A stretch of DNA of 58,560 nucleotides, counting the filler, from Basidiobolus meristosporus CBS 931.73 (Eukaryota; Fungi; Basidiobolomycota), in the NCBI GenBank assembly GCA_002104905.1. It is 3 parts of 3 records of this genome, joined end to end, with 100 filler letters (N's around TTAATTAATTAA, not from the genome) between each part and the next. Parts side by side here need not be neighbours in the genome. Positions count along the whole stretch, not along the records: positions 45,934 to 58,560 come from MCFE01001237.1; 2 more parts are not named here. The stretch is one strand, 5' to 3'. Of the stretch, positions 45,975 to 57,283 are shown piece after piece (the stretch's first letter is position 1; the number at the start of each line of letters is the position of its first letter). A program made the translations under genes and the position numbers. The notes below the pieces were generated by a model. That model was not told the origin of the DNA, did not search any database, and was given only the letters and a program-made list of their open reading frames with translations.

Positions 45975-48900
45975 TGTTGTAAGAGTCTTGGAGATATTGG
46001 AAGTGATTGGGAGAACAAGTAGATTATGTGGTTTTCACTTAATGATTTATTGATTGTAAAAGTAGTATTTATACTTTTACATGGTCTTGGCATTACAAAC
46101 ACGTAGAATAGGTTAAGGAAGGTCCCAAGAACATGTGTGCAAAGTTTGGGTCTGTTTGGACAACTTTGAGAATTTTCATGTTCTGGGTACCTGGTATTTT
46201 GGTGAAAATACTCTAAGTAAATCCCGACAAGGAATTTGGTCAGTATTCTCTAGGATTTGAAGGTAATGATCTAAGTGACTAAGTTAGGTGAATATTTAGG
46301 TGGAAATACAAATTTTTTACAACACTCCCACTCAGCTAAATGTTCATACTGACTAGTCCTAATTTTGACCTAAGATATTCAAACTTGTCTCTAGCTAATG
46401 GTTTGGTAAATATGTCTGCAATCATTTCATCTGTAGGACAGTAAACTAAGCTAACTAAGTTATTCTCTATAGCTTCACGTATGAAATGATGTCTAATATC
46501 TATGTGCTTGGTTCTAGCATGAAAAGTTGGATTTCTACCTAATTGTATACATCCTTGATTATCTTGAAATAAAGTAATAGGTGTTTTTTGACATAGGCCT
46601 AAATCTGCAAAGAGCTTTCTTAACCACATTGCTTCTTTTGTAGCTTCACAGGCTGCCATATACTCTGCCTCTGTAGTAGAAAGTGCTACGGTTGGTTGCT
46701 TTCTTGAATTCCATGAAATTGCTCCTTTACAGTAAAGAAAGGTGTATCCTGTGGTGGATCTTCTGTCTTCTAAATTTCGTCCCCAATCAGCATCAGAGTA
46801 TCCCACAAGATCCTGTTCTGAGTCCTTATAAGTGTATCTTAAGCAGATATCAGCAGTTCCTTTTAGGTATCTAAAAATCCGCTTAACTGCTGCAATATGA
46901 TCAGATCCATAATTCTGATTATGTTGGCTGACAACTCCCACTGAATATGAGATATCTGGACGTGTTCCAAGCATGATATACATCAGACTGCCAACCATAG
47001 ATTGATAAGGAAAGTCAGGGGTTTCAGATGGCACCAAGCTCTCTTGATTTGGTTGAGTTTTGACCAAGTTAAGGTTTGTCTCCATTGGGGTAGCTGCCGG
47101 TTTACAGTCTTCCATTTTGTACTTCTTTAGTATATCTTGAATATACTTGGATTGGCTTAGGGTAATAGTCTGGGTACTTCTGTCTATGGAGAACTTAATC
47201 CCTAAGTAGTAACTGAGTTCTCCTAGATCGGACATCTTGAACTCCTTAGATAGGCTGGATTTAGTCTCTTCCAATGTTTCTAGGTTATTGGCGGCTATAA
47301 TAAGATCATCCACATATAGAGCTAATAGAACTGGATTTGCTCTATCTGGCTTATAGTATATACTATAGTCAGCATTACTCCTTTTGAAACTCCAAGATTC
47401 CAAATAAGAATCTATCTTGCAATTCCAGGCTCTTGGTGATTGTTTGAGACCATATAGTGACTTTTTAAGCTTGCAGACCAAATGGGGGTTATCTTGGTCA
47501 ACAAACCCATCAGGCTGGTCCATATACACGTCCTCATCAAGTTCTCCATTCAAAATGCAGTTGTTACATCCATTTGATGAATAAAAAACTTATATTTGGC
47601 TGCAATAGCCAATATTAATCTGATGGAATTAAACTTGGCTACTGGTGCAAAGGTCTCAGTATAGTCAAGTCCTTTTGTTTGAGAGTATCCTTTGGCTACA
47701 AGTCTTGCTTTGTATCTTTCAATTGGACCATCAGCCTTGTACTTTGTCTTAAAGACCCATCTGCATCCAATTGATTTTCGGTTGATTGGTAATTTGACTA
47801 AGTCCCAAGTTTGATTTTCCATCAGGGCCTGATATTCCTCAGTCATTGCAGATCTCCAAAACTTCGTCTGAGGGCTATTTAGGGCCTCTTTTACAGTCTG
47901 GGGTTCATCAACATGGACTGAATAGGCATAGGCTAAGTTTGTACCCTCATTGATATAGTAATTTGGGCTATTTCTTGTCCAATTGGATCTCCGGGCATTT
48001 GATACTGGAATGATCACTTCTGGGATATTCCTGGGCACTGATTCTGGCTGAACCACGGTTGTAGAGTCCTCTGGAGTGAAAATATTTTCATTGTTTTGCT
48101 CTGATTCAATCCTGACAATTGGTGGACTTGAGATCAAATTTTCGTCATCATCTGATGTCATTTTTTGTGAAAATTTTGAATTTTCATCAAACAACACATC
48201 CCTGGACTTGATCAGCTTCTTTGCTTTGGTATTGTAGAGTCTGTATGCCTTACTCTCATTGCAGTAGCCCAAAAATATGCATTTTACACTTTTTGGCTCA
48301 AATTTTGACTGATTTCCGGCCAGTTTTTTGGCATATGCTGTACACCCAAATATTCTTAGATGTTCTGCACTTGGTCTGTATTCATACCATGCTTCAAATG
48401 GAGTAGAATCACGAAGTATTCTGTTATAACTCCTATTTTTAAGGTATACAGCAGTGGCAACTGATTCCGCCCAAAAATCATAGGATAATTTTTGATCATG
48501 GATCATAGATCTTGCCATATCAATTATTGATCTGTTAGCTTGTTCTGCTACTCCATTTTGCTGTGGGGAGTATGGTACAGTAGTCTCTTGCTTTATCCCA
48601 TGAATTTTGCAGAAGTGGATGAAGAGTTTTGAGGTATATTCTCCACCATTGTCAGAGCGTATTTTCTTGATTTTTTCACCAGTTTCTCTCTCCACCATGG
48701 CTTTAAACTCCCTGAACTTAGACAGAGCTTCTTCCTTTCTCTCCATGAAGTAGACCCATGTGTATCTTGTATAATCATCAATAAAAGTGATTAAATACTT
48801 CATCCCGCCTAAGGATAAATTTTGCATAGGTCCACACAGATCTGAGTGAATTAGATCTAATTTTTTCTTAGTTTTGATTAACCCAGAGCTCTTGAACGGT

Positions 48901-50660
48901 TGTCTGGCTTGTTTCCCATATATGCAGGCTTCACAGTGCTCCAAATTAGCTGGGGGATCAATTTTCACTCCAGAAATTAGCTGATCTTTGATCATTTTGC
49001 GCAAATAATCAAAATTGATGTGCCCAAATCTCCTGTGCCAAAGCATTGGTGTTTCTTCATTTAAGTTACTTATATTGGCTTCCAGATATGATGGAATATA
49101 AGTCAACTTGTATAGATTCTGATCTCTGATGCCCAAAGCAATATGAGCACCATTTTGATCAGTGATCCTGCATCCAGAATTGTCAAAACTGAAACTGAGT
49201 CCTTCTGCTGTGGCCTTGCTTACAGAGAGTAGGTTCTTGGCTATTTCTGGTACATAGAGTACTTCTTTAAAGGTCAGTGTATGGCTTCCTTCACTGCTTC
49301 TAAGGTTTACTTGGATAGTTCCTTCTCCCACTGCATCAAGTGTTCTATTGTCACCCATGAAAACCTTCTTAATTGGAATTTCTTGATATTGGGTAAAAAG
49401 TTCTTTTTGGTGTGTAAAGTGTTGAGAAGCTCCAGAGTCAATATACCACGTCTGAGAATCCTTGTTTGTGGTCATATTTAGTGCAGATATGAATAGTCTA
49501 TCTTCAGTTGTTGCAGCATTTCCATATTCAGGCTTCTTTTGCTGATAATCTCTCTTTTTGAGACACCGGTCTGATGTGTGTCCTTTCCTTTTGCAGTAGT
49601 TGCAAAATAGGTTGCTGTTGCCTTTGTAGGGTCTTGGGTACCTCCTTTGTTGGTTATCATTGCTTATTAAAGCATTTTCTTCTTCCTTCTTATTGGCGCT
49701 TGATTTTCTTAATTCTTCATCCAGGAGCCTTCCATATACGTAATTTAAGGTCAAATCTTCAGTTCTGGACTCTAGGGCTGATACAAGGCCCTGAAACTCG
49801 TCTGTCAGGCTATTCAGGATGGTAACTATCACATCCTCATCAGTAGTTGGTACGCCCACAGATTCCATCTCATCTACCAGCAGGGTAATTCTGTTAATTA
49901 GATTTTTCATTTCTTCTCCTGGCAGCATCTTTGTAGTAAAGAATTTTCTTCTCAGATACATTTTCTTGGCAGCTGAACATGACTGGTAGGTGTCTTCTAA
50001 TGCCTTCCAGGCATTCTTTGCCGTTTTTGCTCTTGAGCATTGAATTAGCAATTTGTCCTTGACATTAAGGCAAATGCAGTTAAAGGCACTTTGTTCTTTC
50101 TTCTGGTACTTTAAGGCTTCCTCTCCCACGTTTTTAGGAGGGCATTCTTCTCCCATGACAATATCCCAAAGGCCTCTTTCTTGTAGCAGCATCTTCATCT
50201 TCACCTTCCACACTTGGTAGTTAGATCCATCCAACTTTTCAGCAGAGGGAAAAATTCCAGTAATAGCAGTAGTAGACATTGCAGAGAGTGACAGCTTGGG
50301 GCTCATAACCTGTTGTAAGAGTCTTGGAGATATTGGAAGTGATTTGGAGAACAAGTAGATTATGTGGTTTTCACTTAATGATTTATTGAATGTAAAAGTA
50401 GTATTTATACTTTTACCTGGTCTTGGCATAACAAACACGTAGAATAGGTTAAGGAAGGTCCCAAGAACATGTGTGCAAAGTTTGGGGCTGTTTGGACAAC
50501 TTTGAGAATTTTCATGTTCTGGGTACCTGGTATTTTGGTGAAAATATTCTAAGTAAATCCCAACAAGGAATTTGGTCAGTATTCTCTAGGATTTGAAGGT
50601 AATGATCTAAGTGACTAAGTTAGGTGAATATTTAGGTGGAAATACGAATTTTTTACAACA
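45975..50660 (-). mobile_element. Full-length Ty1/copia copy A; 350-bp LTRs 45975-46324 and 50311-50660; TSD CTTTT
   Basis: TGTTGTAA/TTACAACA termini, CTTTT at 45970-45974 and 50661-50665, PBS GGTTATGAGCCC, PPT GAGTGGGAG. LTRs differ at 8 of 350 positions by eye. Confidence 0.96.
46336..50306 (-). CDS. Copia gag-pol (1323 aa from the PBS ATG if one A is restored at 47552-47555)
   Basis: CNYCKRKGHTSDRC knuckle, WYIDSGAS, HRRFGH..CEAC, HSDLCGP, LYVDDL, YSDADW. A4 run vs A5 in copy B at the only break. Confidence 0.9.
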
Positions 50661-53600
50661 CTTTTTGGCTCAAATTTTGACTTATTTCTGGGTAGTTTCT
50701 TGGCATATGCTGTACATCCAAATATTCTTAGATGTTCTGCACTTGGTTTGTATTCATACCATGCCTCAAATGGAATAGAATCACAAAGTATTCTGTTATA
50801 ACTCCTATTTCTAAGGTATACAGCTGTGGCAACTGATTCCACCCAAAAATCATAGGATAATTTTTGATCATGGATCATAGTTCTTGCCATATCAATTATT
50901 GATCTGTTAGCATATTCTGCCACTCCATGTTGCTGTGGGGAGTATGGTACAGTAGTCTCTTGCTTTATCCCATGAATTTTGCAGAAGTGGATGAAGAGTT
51001 TTGAGGTATATTCTCCACCATTGTCAGAGTGTATTTTCTTGATTTTTTTTCACTAGTTTCTCTCTCCACCATGGCTTTAAACTCCCTGAACTTAGACAGA
51101 GCTTCTTCCTTTCTCTCTATGAAGTAGACCTATGTGTATCATGTATAAGGATAAATTTTGCATAGGTCCACATAGATCCAAGTGAATTAGATCTAATTTT
51201 TTCTTAGTTTTGACTAACCCAGAGCTCTTGAACAGTTGTCTGACCTGTTTCCCATATATGCAGGCTTCACAGTGCTCCAAATCAGCTGGGGGATCAATTT
51301 TTACTCCGGAAATTAGCTGATCTTTGATCATTTTGTGCAAATAATCAATATAGATGTGTCCAAATCTCCTGTGTCAAAGCATTGGTGTTTCTTCATTTAG
51401 GTTACTTATATTGGCTTCCAAATATGATGGTATATTAGTCAACCTGTATAGATTCTAATCTCCTACACCCAAGGCAATATGGGCACCATTTTGATCAGTA
51501 ATCTTGCATCCAGAATTGTCAGAGCTGAAACTGAGTCCTTCTGCAGTGGCCTTGCTTACAGATAGTAGGTTCTGGGCTATTTCTGGTACATAGAGTACTT
51601 CTTTAAAGGTTAGTGTATGGCTTCCTTCACTGCTTCTAAGGTTTACCTGGATAGTTCCTTCTCCCACTGCATTAAGTGTTTTATTGTCATACATGAAAAC
51701 CTTCTTAATTGGAATCTTTTGATATTGGGTAAAAAGTTCTTGTATAGGTTCTGATCTCTGATAACTAAAGCAATATGGGCACCATTTTGATCAGTGATCC
51801 TGCATCCAGAATTGTCAAAACTGAAACTGAGTCCTTCAGCTGTGGCCTTGCTTACAGATAGTAGGTTCTTTACTATTTCTGGTACATATAGTACCTCTCT
51901 AAAGGTCAGTGTATGGCTCTCTTCACTGCTTCTATGGCTTACTTGGATAGTTCCTTCTCCCACTGCATCAAGTGTTTTATTGTCATACATCAAAACCTTC
52001 TTGATTGGAATTTCTTAATATTGGGTAAAAAGTTCTTTTTGGTGTGTAAGGTGTTGAGATGCTCCAGAGTCAGTATACCACATCTGAGAATCCTTGTTTG
52101 TGGTCATATTTAGTGCAGATATTAATAGTCTATCTTCAGATGTTGCAGCATTTCCATATTCAGGCTTCTTTTGCTGATTATCTCTGTTTTTGAGACACCA
52201 GTCTGATGTGCATCCTTTCCTTTTGCAGTAGTTGCAAAACATGTTACTGTTGCCTTTGTAGGGTCTTGGGTATCTCCTTTGTAGGTTAGCATTGCTAATT
52301 AAAGCAGTTTCTTCTTCCTTCTTATTGGTGCTTGATTTTCTTAATTCTTCATCTAGGAGCCTTCCACATATGCAATTTAAGGTCAAATCTTCAGTTTTGG
52401 ACTCTAGGGCTGATACCGGACCCTGAAACCTATCTGTCAGGCTATTCAGGATGGTAACTATCACATCCTCATCAATAGTTGGTATGCCCACAGATTCCAT
52501 CTCATCCACCAGCAGGGTAATTCTGTTAATTAGATTTTTCATTTCTTCTCCTGGCTGCATCTTTGTAGTAAAGAGTTTTTTTCTCAAATACATTTTCTTG
52601 GCAGCTGAACATGACTGGTAGGTGTTGTCTGGTGCTTTCCAGGCATTCTTTGCTGTTTTTGCTCTTGAGCATTGAATTAGCAATTTATCTTTAACATTAA
52701 AGCAAATGCAGATAAAGGCAATTTGTTCTTTTGTCTGGTACTTTAAGGTTTCCTCTCCCATGTTTTTAGGAGGGCATTCTTCTCCCATGGCAATATCCCA
52801 AAGGCCTCTTTCTTGTAGCAGCATCTTCATCTTTGCCTTCCACACTTGGAAGTTAGATCCATCCAACTTTTCAGCAAAGGGAAAAATTCCTGTAATAGCA
52901 GTAGTAGACATTGCAGAGAGTGATAGCTTGGGGCTCACAACCTGTTGTAAGAGTCTTGGAGATATTGGAAGTGATTGGGAGAACAAGTAGATTATGTGGT
53001 TTTCACTTAATGATTTATTGAATGTAAAAGTAGTATTTGTACTTTTACATGGTCCTGACATAGCAAACACATAGTATAGGTTAAGGAAGGTCCCAAGAGT
53101 ATGTGTGCAAAGTTTGGGGCTGTTTGGACAACTTTGAGAATTTTCATGTCCTTGGTACCTGGTATTTTGGTGAAAATATTCTAAGTAAATCCCAACAAGG
53201 AATTTGGGCAGTATTCCCTAGGATTTGAATGTAATGATCTAAGTGACTAAGTTAGGTGAATATTTAGGTGGAATTACAAATCTTTACAACAGCTATTCCA
53301 TAAATAGTTGCTATTGATAGGTACTAATATCTCTTGTTTGTCTACCTGTAAAAACACATCAACCTTCCTTAATGTGCTCATCTCCATCATCTATGCACAA
53401 TGGTACTTAGTCTGCACACTGGCCAAATCCCCATAGAGCTGGTACTATTTGTAGCAAAGATACCTGGCATATATATGCTGTACCTCAGATGCTACCACTA
53501 TGATCATCTCTAGAGCTTTGGCAAGACACCCAGGTCCTTGCAGCCAATAGATCCCTGCATGGCTGTATGATTGTTCTACTTACTTCCTTGCTTACTTCTT

Positions 53601-53760
53601 TGATTTGCCAGATCCCATAGCAGAACTTCTAGATCACTGTACATTCCCATTGAGTGTCTGTTATGTACAGATGACATTTGCCTCAAAGTAAATATCAGCT
53701 TATATCCCACTTGTGGCTTCTTTGAAGCACTCAACAAATAGTTCATTGATTCAGGCCTGA

Positions 53761-54122
53761 TATGAGGTACCCAGATTATGACCTTTCTCAAAGTTGCCCA
53801 AAAGCCCCCAAGCTTTGCACACACACTCCTGGGACCTTCCTTAACAAACTCTACATGCTTGTTTGCTCTACTCCATCAAAAGTATAAATACCATACTTTT
53901 GATCAATAAATCTACAAATGAGTAACATGTAACCCCTCTAGTTCTCCACATCACTTCCAATACTCCTCAGAGTACTGCAACATGGTGTATCTGATGTCTT
54001 GGTAAAATACTCCAAGTAAATCCCAACAAAGAATTTAGTCAGTATTCACTAAGAATCATAGGTGATGATCTGAGTGACTAAGGTAGGTGAATATTTGGGT
54101 GAAATTACAAATTCTCACAACA
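53761..54122. repeat. Rearranged copia solo-LTR relic (first part inverted at 53761-53982, last part forward at about 53990-54122)
   Basis: 53761-53982 is the diverged reverse complement of the first ~215 bp of the LTR. The remainder matches its last ~140 bp. Confidence 0.65.
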
Positions 54123-54159
54123 GGTAGTAGTGGATAGGCAAATAAATAGGGGTGACTCT

Positions 54160-54820
54160 ACAGCAGAATATATGAATGGTGCAAGGGGGTAAAAAAAGGA
54201 AATATTGTTTAGTAAATTGGTTTTGTAGCATTATACAGGAATAGCAGTAGGCTGCAATACTGCTGTTATAATGCCAATAGATGTCCACATCAAGGCCATC
54301 AAAACACTGTCAAGTTTTTTTCCATATATGGCATTTGAACATATTGGCTGGTTGGGTCTGCTTAGATAAATAGAGACTGTAATAAGACCATCAGCATGCC
54401 ATGCAAATACCAACCATGGACTGCTAAAGCAACATCAAGCTTATTTACCTATTTGGCAGTAAAAGCAGCAGAACACCATCACAGTCCCATCATGAGATTG
54501 TGAAGAGGGTCATCAGTTCCAAGCTGCTGGCATTGTGACAGCCTCATTGTGGGATCCCAACAGCTGATCTGGATTGGATCCACCTGTAGGACCAAATTAC
54601 TTTTCGTAGTGATTGATAGGCACACCAAGAGGTTGTAGCACTTCTTCAAGAGCAGAGCTCAAGAAAACACACTTGAATATTGCAAGGACTGGTAGATGAT
54701 GTGAAAATATTTCAAGTAAATCCTGACAAGGAATTTGGCCAGAATCCTCTAAGATTTGTAGACTATGATCTAAGTGGCTAAGTCAGTGGATATTTAGGTA
54801 AAATTACGAAATTTACAACA
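54160..54820 (+). repeat. Deleted copy of the 16277-17130 repeat followed by a copia LTR 3' fragment (54701-54820)
   Basis: Shared ATATATGAAT..AAGGGG..GGAAATA, CTGATCTGGATTGGATCCACCTG and AGGCACACCAAGAG..CTTGAATATTGCAA blocks, then GTGAAAATAT...TTTACAACA. Confidence 0.6.
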
Positions 54821-55196
54821 ACTATAACACCTACACCCTAAACTAGCAAAATACCTTGTTCCATATACCTTTGTGGTTACCCTAATCCACTATATAGCTG
54901 TACAAAATGAGCAACATATACAAACATGCCACATCTATTAAGGCTAATAACTAGTGAAAACACTTGCCACTTGGCATCGTCAATTACAGTCCTGATGTCT
55001 AGCCTTATGTAATACAGCATTTAATTAACCAATTCATATATCACCATGCGTTGGATATATCCTGTAGGATCATCGATCAGTAATGATCACTCTGAACTAC
55101 AGATAAGTGATGATCATTTGATACAGTGCTACACTGTGTTAACTCGCTTTGAAGCAACTGGCGGGAGTTGGTTTATTAAAAATATTTATACTGAAT

Positions 55197-56096
55197 TTAA
55201 CAAGCTCCTAAATCAGTCCAGACTCCTTGCTGACCGGGAGTTTCGTTTTGGGTCCACCACTTGGCTTGCCAAAGATGCCCGTTGTAAGTAACTTTCTGAG
55301 CGCCATTGTATGCAGTACCCGCGTTCCAGGCTGCCACTCCACCACACGAGCCAGTTCCAGGATCGCTAGTTGCGGTTGGCTTAGTGGAGGTTGCGGTGGT
55401 TGTAGGCTTGGTAGTGGTAGTGGGCTTTACAGTGGTAGTGGGCTTCACTGTGGTAGTTGGGTCAGGAGTCACACCTCCACCAGTAGCCCCAACAGTGATA
55501 ATTGGGCGCTGATCCAGTAATTCATGACCGTCTCCTTCCCCAATATCAAATTCCGGGATAGTAGGATAACCAGGAAGGTTAGCAACCATAAGCTTAGGAC
55601 CGGTGACTTTTCCGCCAGGGACCCCACCATTAATAGTAATGTCAACACAGTTCATGTAGTACTCTCGGTTACCCTCGGCATTAACCCAAGTCCAGGCTAA
55701 GGTAGCACGATTGCTGGGAGGAGCAGTAGCAGGAATAGGTACATCAAAAGTGAGGCCATCTTTGAAGCAATTACGGACAACCGTCTTCAACACGACAAAT
55801 GTCTGGTCATTATCGTAGGAGAGAGCGAACTGGCAGTGACCACCGTTATGGGTATTTCCAGGGGCGAACTGCACTTTCACGGTATCCCCAGCATTATAGG
55901 TGTACTCAACTTTCCCTGGCTTATAGCCTTTGCAGGGAAATACACCCAATGGACCGTTCATATCATAATCGATATCTCCGATCGACTGATAGTACTTGCT
56001 AAAGGTAGACTTTCGAGGAGCAGGCGATTGAATTTCCATGTGGCCAGACACGGAACTCAAGGCACACAGGGCAATTAAATAGGATGGAACTCGCAT
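55197..56096 (-). CDS. Secreted AA11-like lytic polysaccharide monooxygenase with Pro/Thr linker and C-terminal CBM5/12 chitin-binding module
   Basis: Signal peptide, then His1 (HMEIQSPAPR), HNGGHCQFALSYD and AWTWVNAEGNREYYMNC. PTTTVK repeats, then AWNAGTAYNGAQKVTYNGHLWQAKWWTQNETPG. Intronless. Confidence 0.88.
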   Translation of the reverse strand: MRVPSYLIALCALSSVSGHMEIQSPAPRKSTFSKYYQSIGDIDYDMNGPLGVFPCKGYKPGKVEYTYNAGDTVKVQFAPGNTHNGGHCQFALSYDNDQTFVVLKTVVRNCFKDGLTFDVPIPATAPPSNRATLAWTWVNAEGNREYYMNCVDITINGGVPGGKVTGPKLMVANLPGYPTIPEFDIGEGDGHELLDQRPIITVGATGGGVTPDPTTTVKPTTTVKPTTTTKPTTTATSTKPTATSDPGTGSCGGVAAWNAGTAYNGAQKVTYNGHLWQAKWWTQNETPGQQGVWTDLGAC

Positions 56097-57283
56097 GCCT
56101 TCGTAGTAAGATTGGTTAGATTGATAATTGTCAAAGAGCTAGATACCCGGCCTCTTTATATGAGAATATTTGGGCAATATTCCCTCTGGTGCACCGCACT
56201 ATCTGCGCCGGTATTTGATTCTTGGTGTAGCATCAATGGTGAGGGCTACAGGCGAATACGGGCATAGATCAGCAATCACGAGTCTTTTCTAGCGCAAAAA
56301 GCATCTTTAACACTCGGGGAATATTTGAAAAGCGAGTCGAATATGACTAAATTCAACATGAACTGTACCACAAAAGGCTAGTGTGACCAATTTGGACTTA
56401 TAAGCAAAGATTCAGTAACACGTCTACTCCGTTGCCCATCTCGTTTCCTGATGATAGACTGTCATACATCTACTCTTACTCAAACACATTTTATTCTTAT
56501 ATCTCAACACAGCTAAAGAATCATTTTTTATATACGCCACATGGTTATTAATAGATGATAAGACTTTCCACAAACTAGCATGCTTGAAATTCGGTAGTGA
56601 CTATGAGAGTCTTTGGGTAGTTGAGAAGTGATTAAATAACCCTGATAGATATCTTCTTAATGATATAAATATGGAGAGAGATACTATTTGGAGTCGTATC
56701 CATCGCAAGCCATTTCCATATCTTGACTGCTATTTTAGGTTTGGCTACTCTTGAGGCAATCACCGCTATTCCTGCTGGCTACAGTGCACCATACACCCGG
56801 CCATCCAAAAGGTTTGTCTTTGTCCAGCACTATGTGATACCATGCTAACCCAATGCAAGAACCCTTGTGCTTGCATCAGCACCGATAACCAAGGTCTCGT
56901 TGTTGGGAGAAGTATTCATCACAGCAACACGAAAGCATGACAACTTGAATGTTGTGGAAAAGGAGTATACTCCCTATATTTGCTTTTGAAAGATGGGCCC
57001 AATAACGGGCATTAAGCACTTGTCTCACACATTCAGTTTTGGCTTACCTGGAAAAATCAGTGAATAGCCGATATTCATCCTGTCACACCTGTGGCTTGAC
57101 ATTCCAGACTCAGAAAACATGTGATTGCTCGACAAGCGAAATTATAGATCTGGACAATCCAAGTAATGCATGGAAAAAATTGACTAATGAATGCGAGCTT
57201 GCCTTGAACAACCTCAGAGCCAAATAGTGACTAATCTTCACTAATTACTGTCAGTAATAACTTTGACTTGAAAACCCACCTAA

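Larger units (their letters stand above)
45934..53291 (-). mobile_element. Older copia copy A' (45934-45974 plus 50661-53291; 5' LTR 52943-53291), host of the nested copy A
   Basis: Integrase sequence ..ATATGCATTTGACACTTTT | CTTTTTGGCTCAAATTTTG.. is continuous across the insertion. Gag ORF 52015-53070. Stops, a deletion of about 40 bp near 51145, and a 296-bp tandem duplication. Confidence 0.9.

Noticed and set aside
50307-50438. N-terminal MFVMPRPGK.. extension of copia gag (also ORFs 20765-20998 and 45878-46102)
   Set aside because: It is a reading through the LTR; the plausible start is the ATG in the PBS.
56660-57227. Possible small gene upstream of COQ9 (SCHTCG motif in ORF 57039-57227)
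   Set aside because: Frames are short and interrupted, and no consistent splice model or recognisable family was found; left uncalled.
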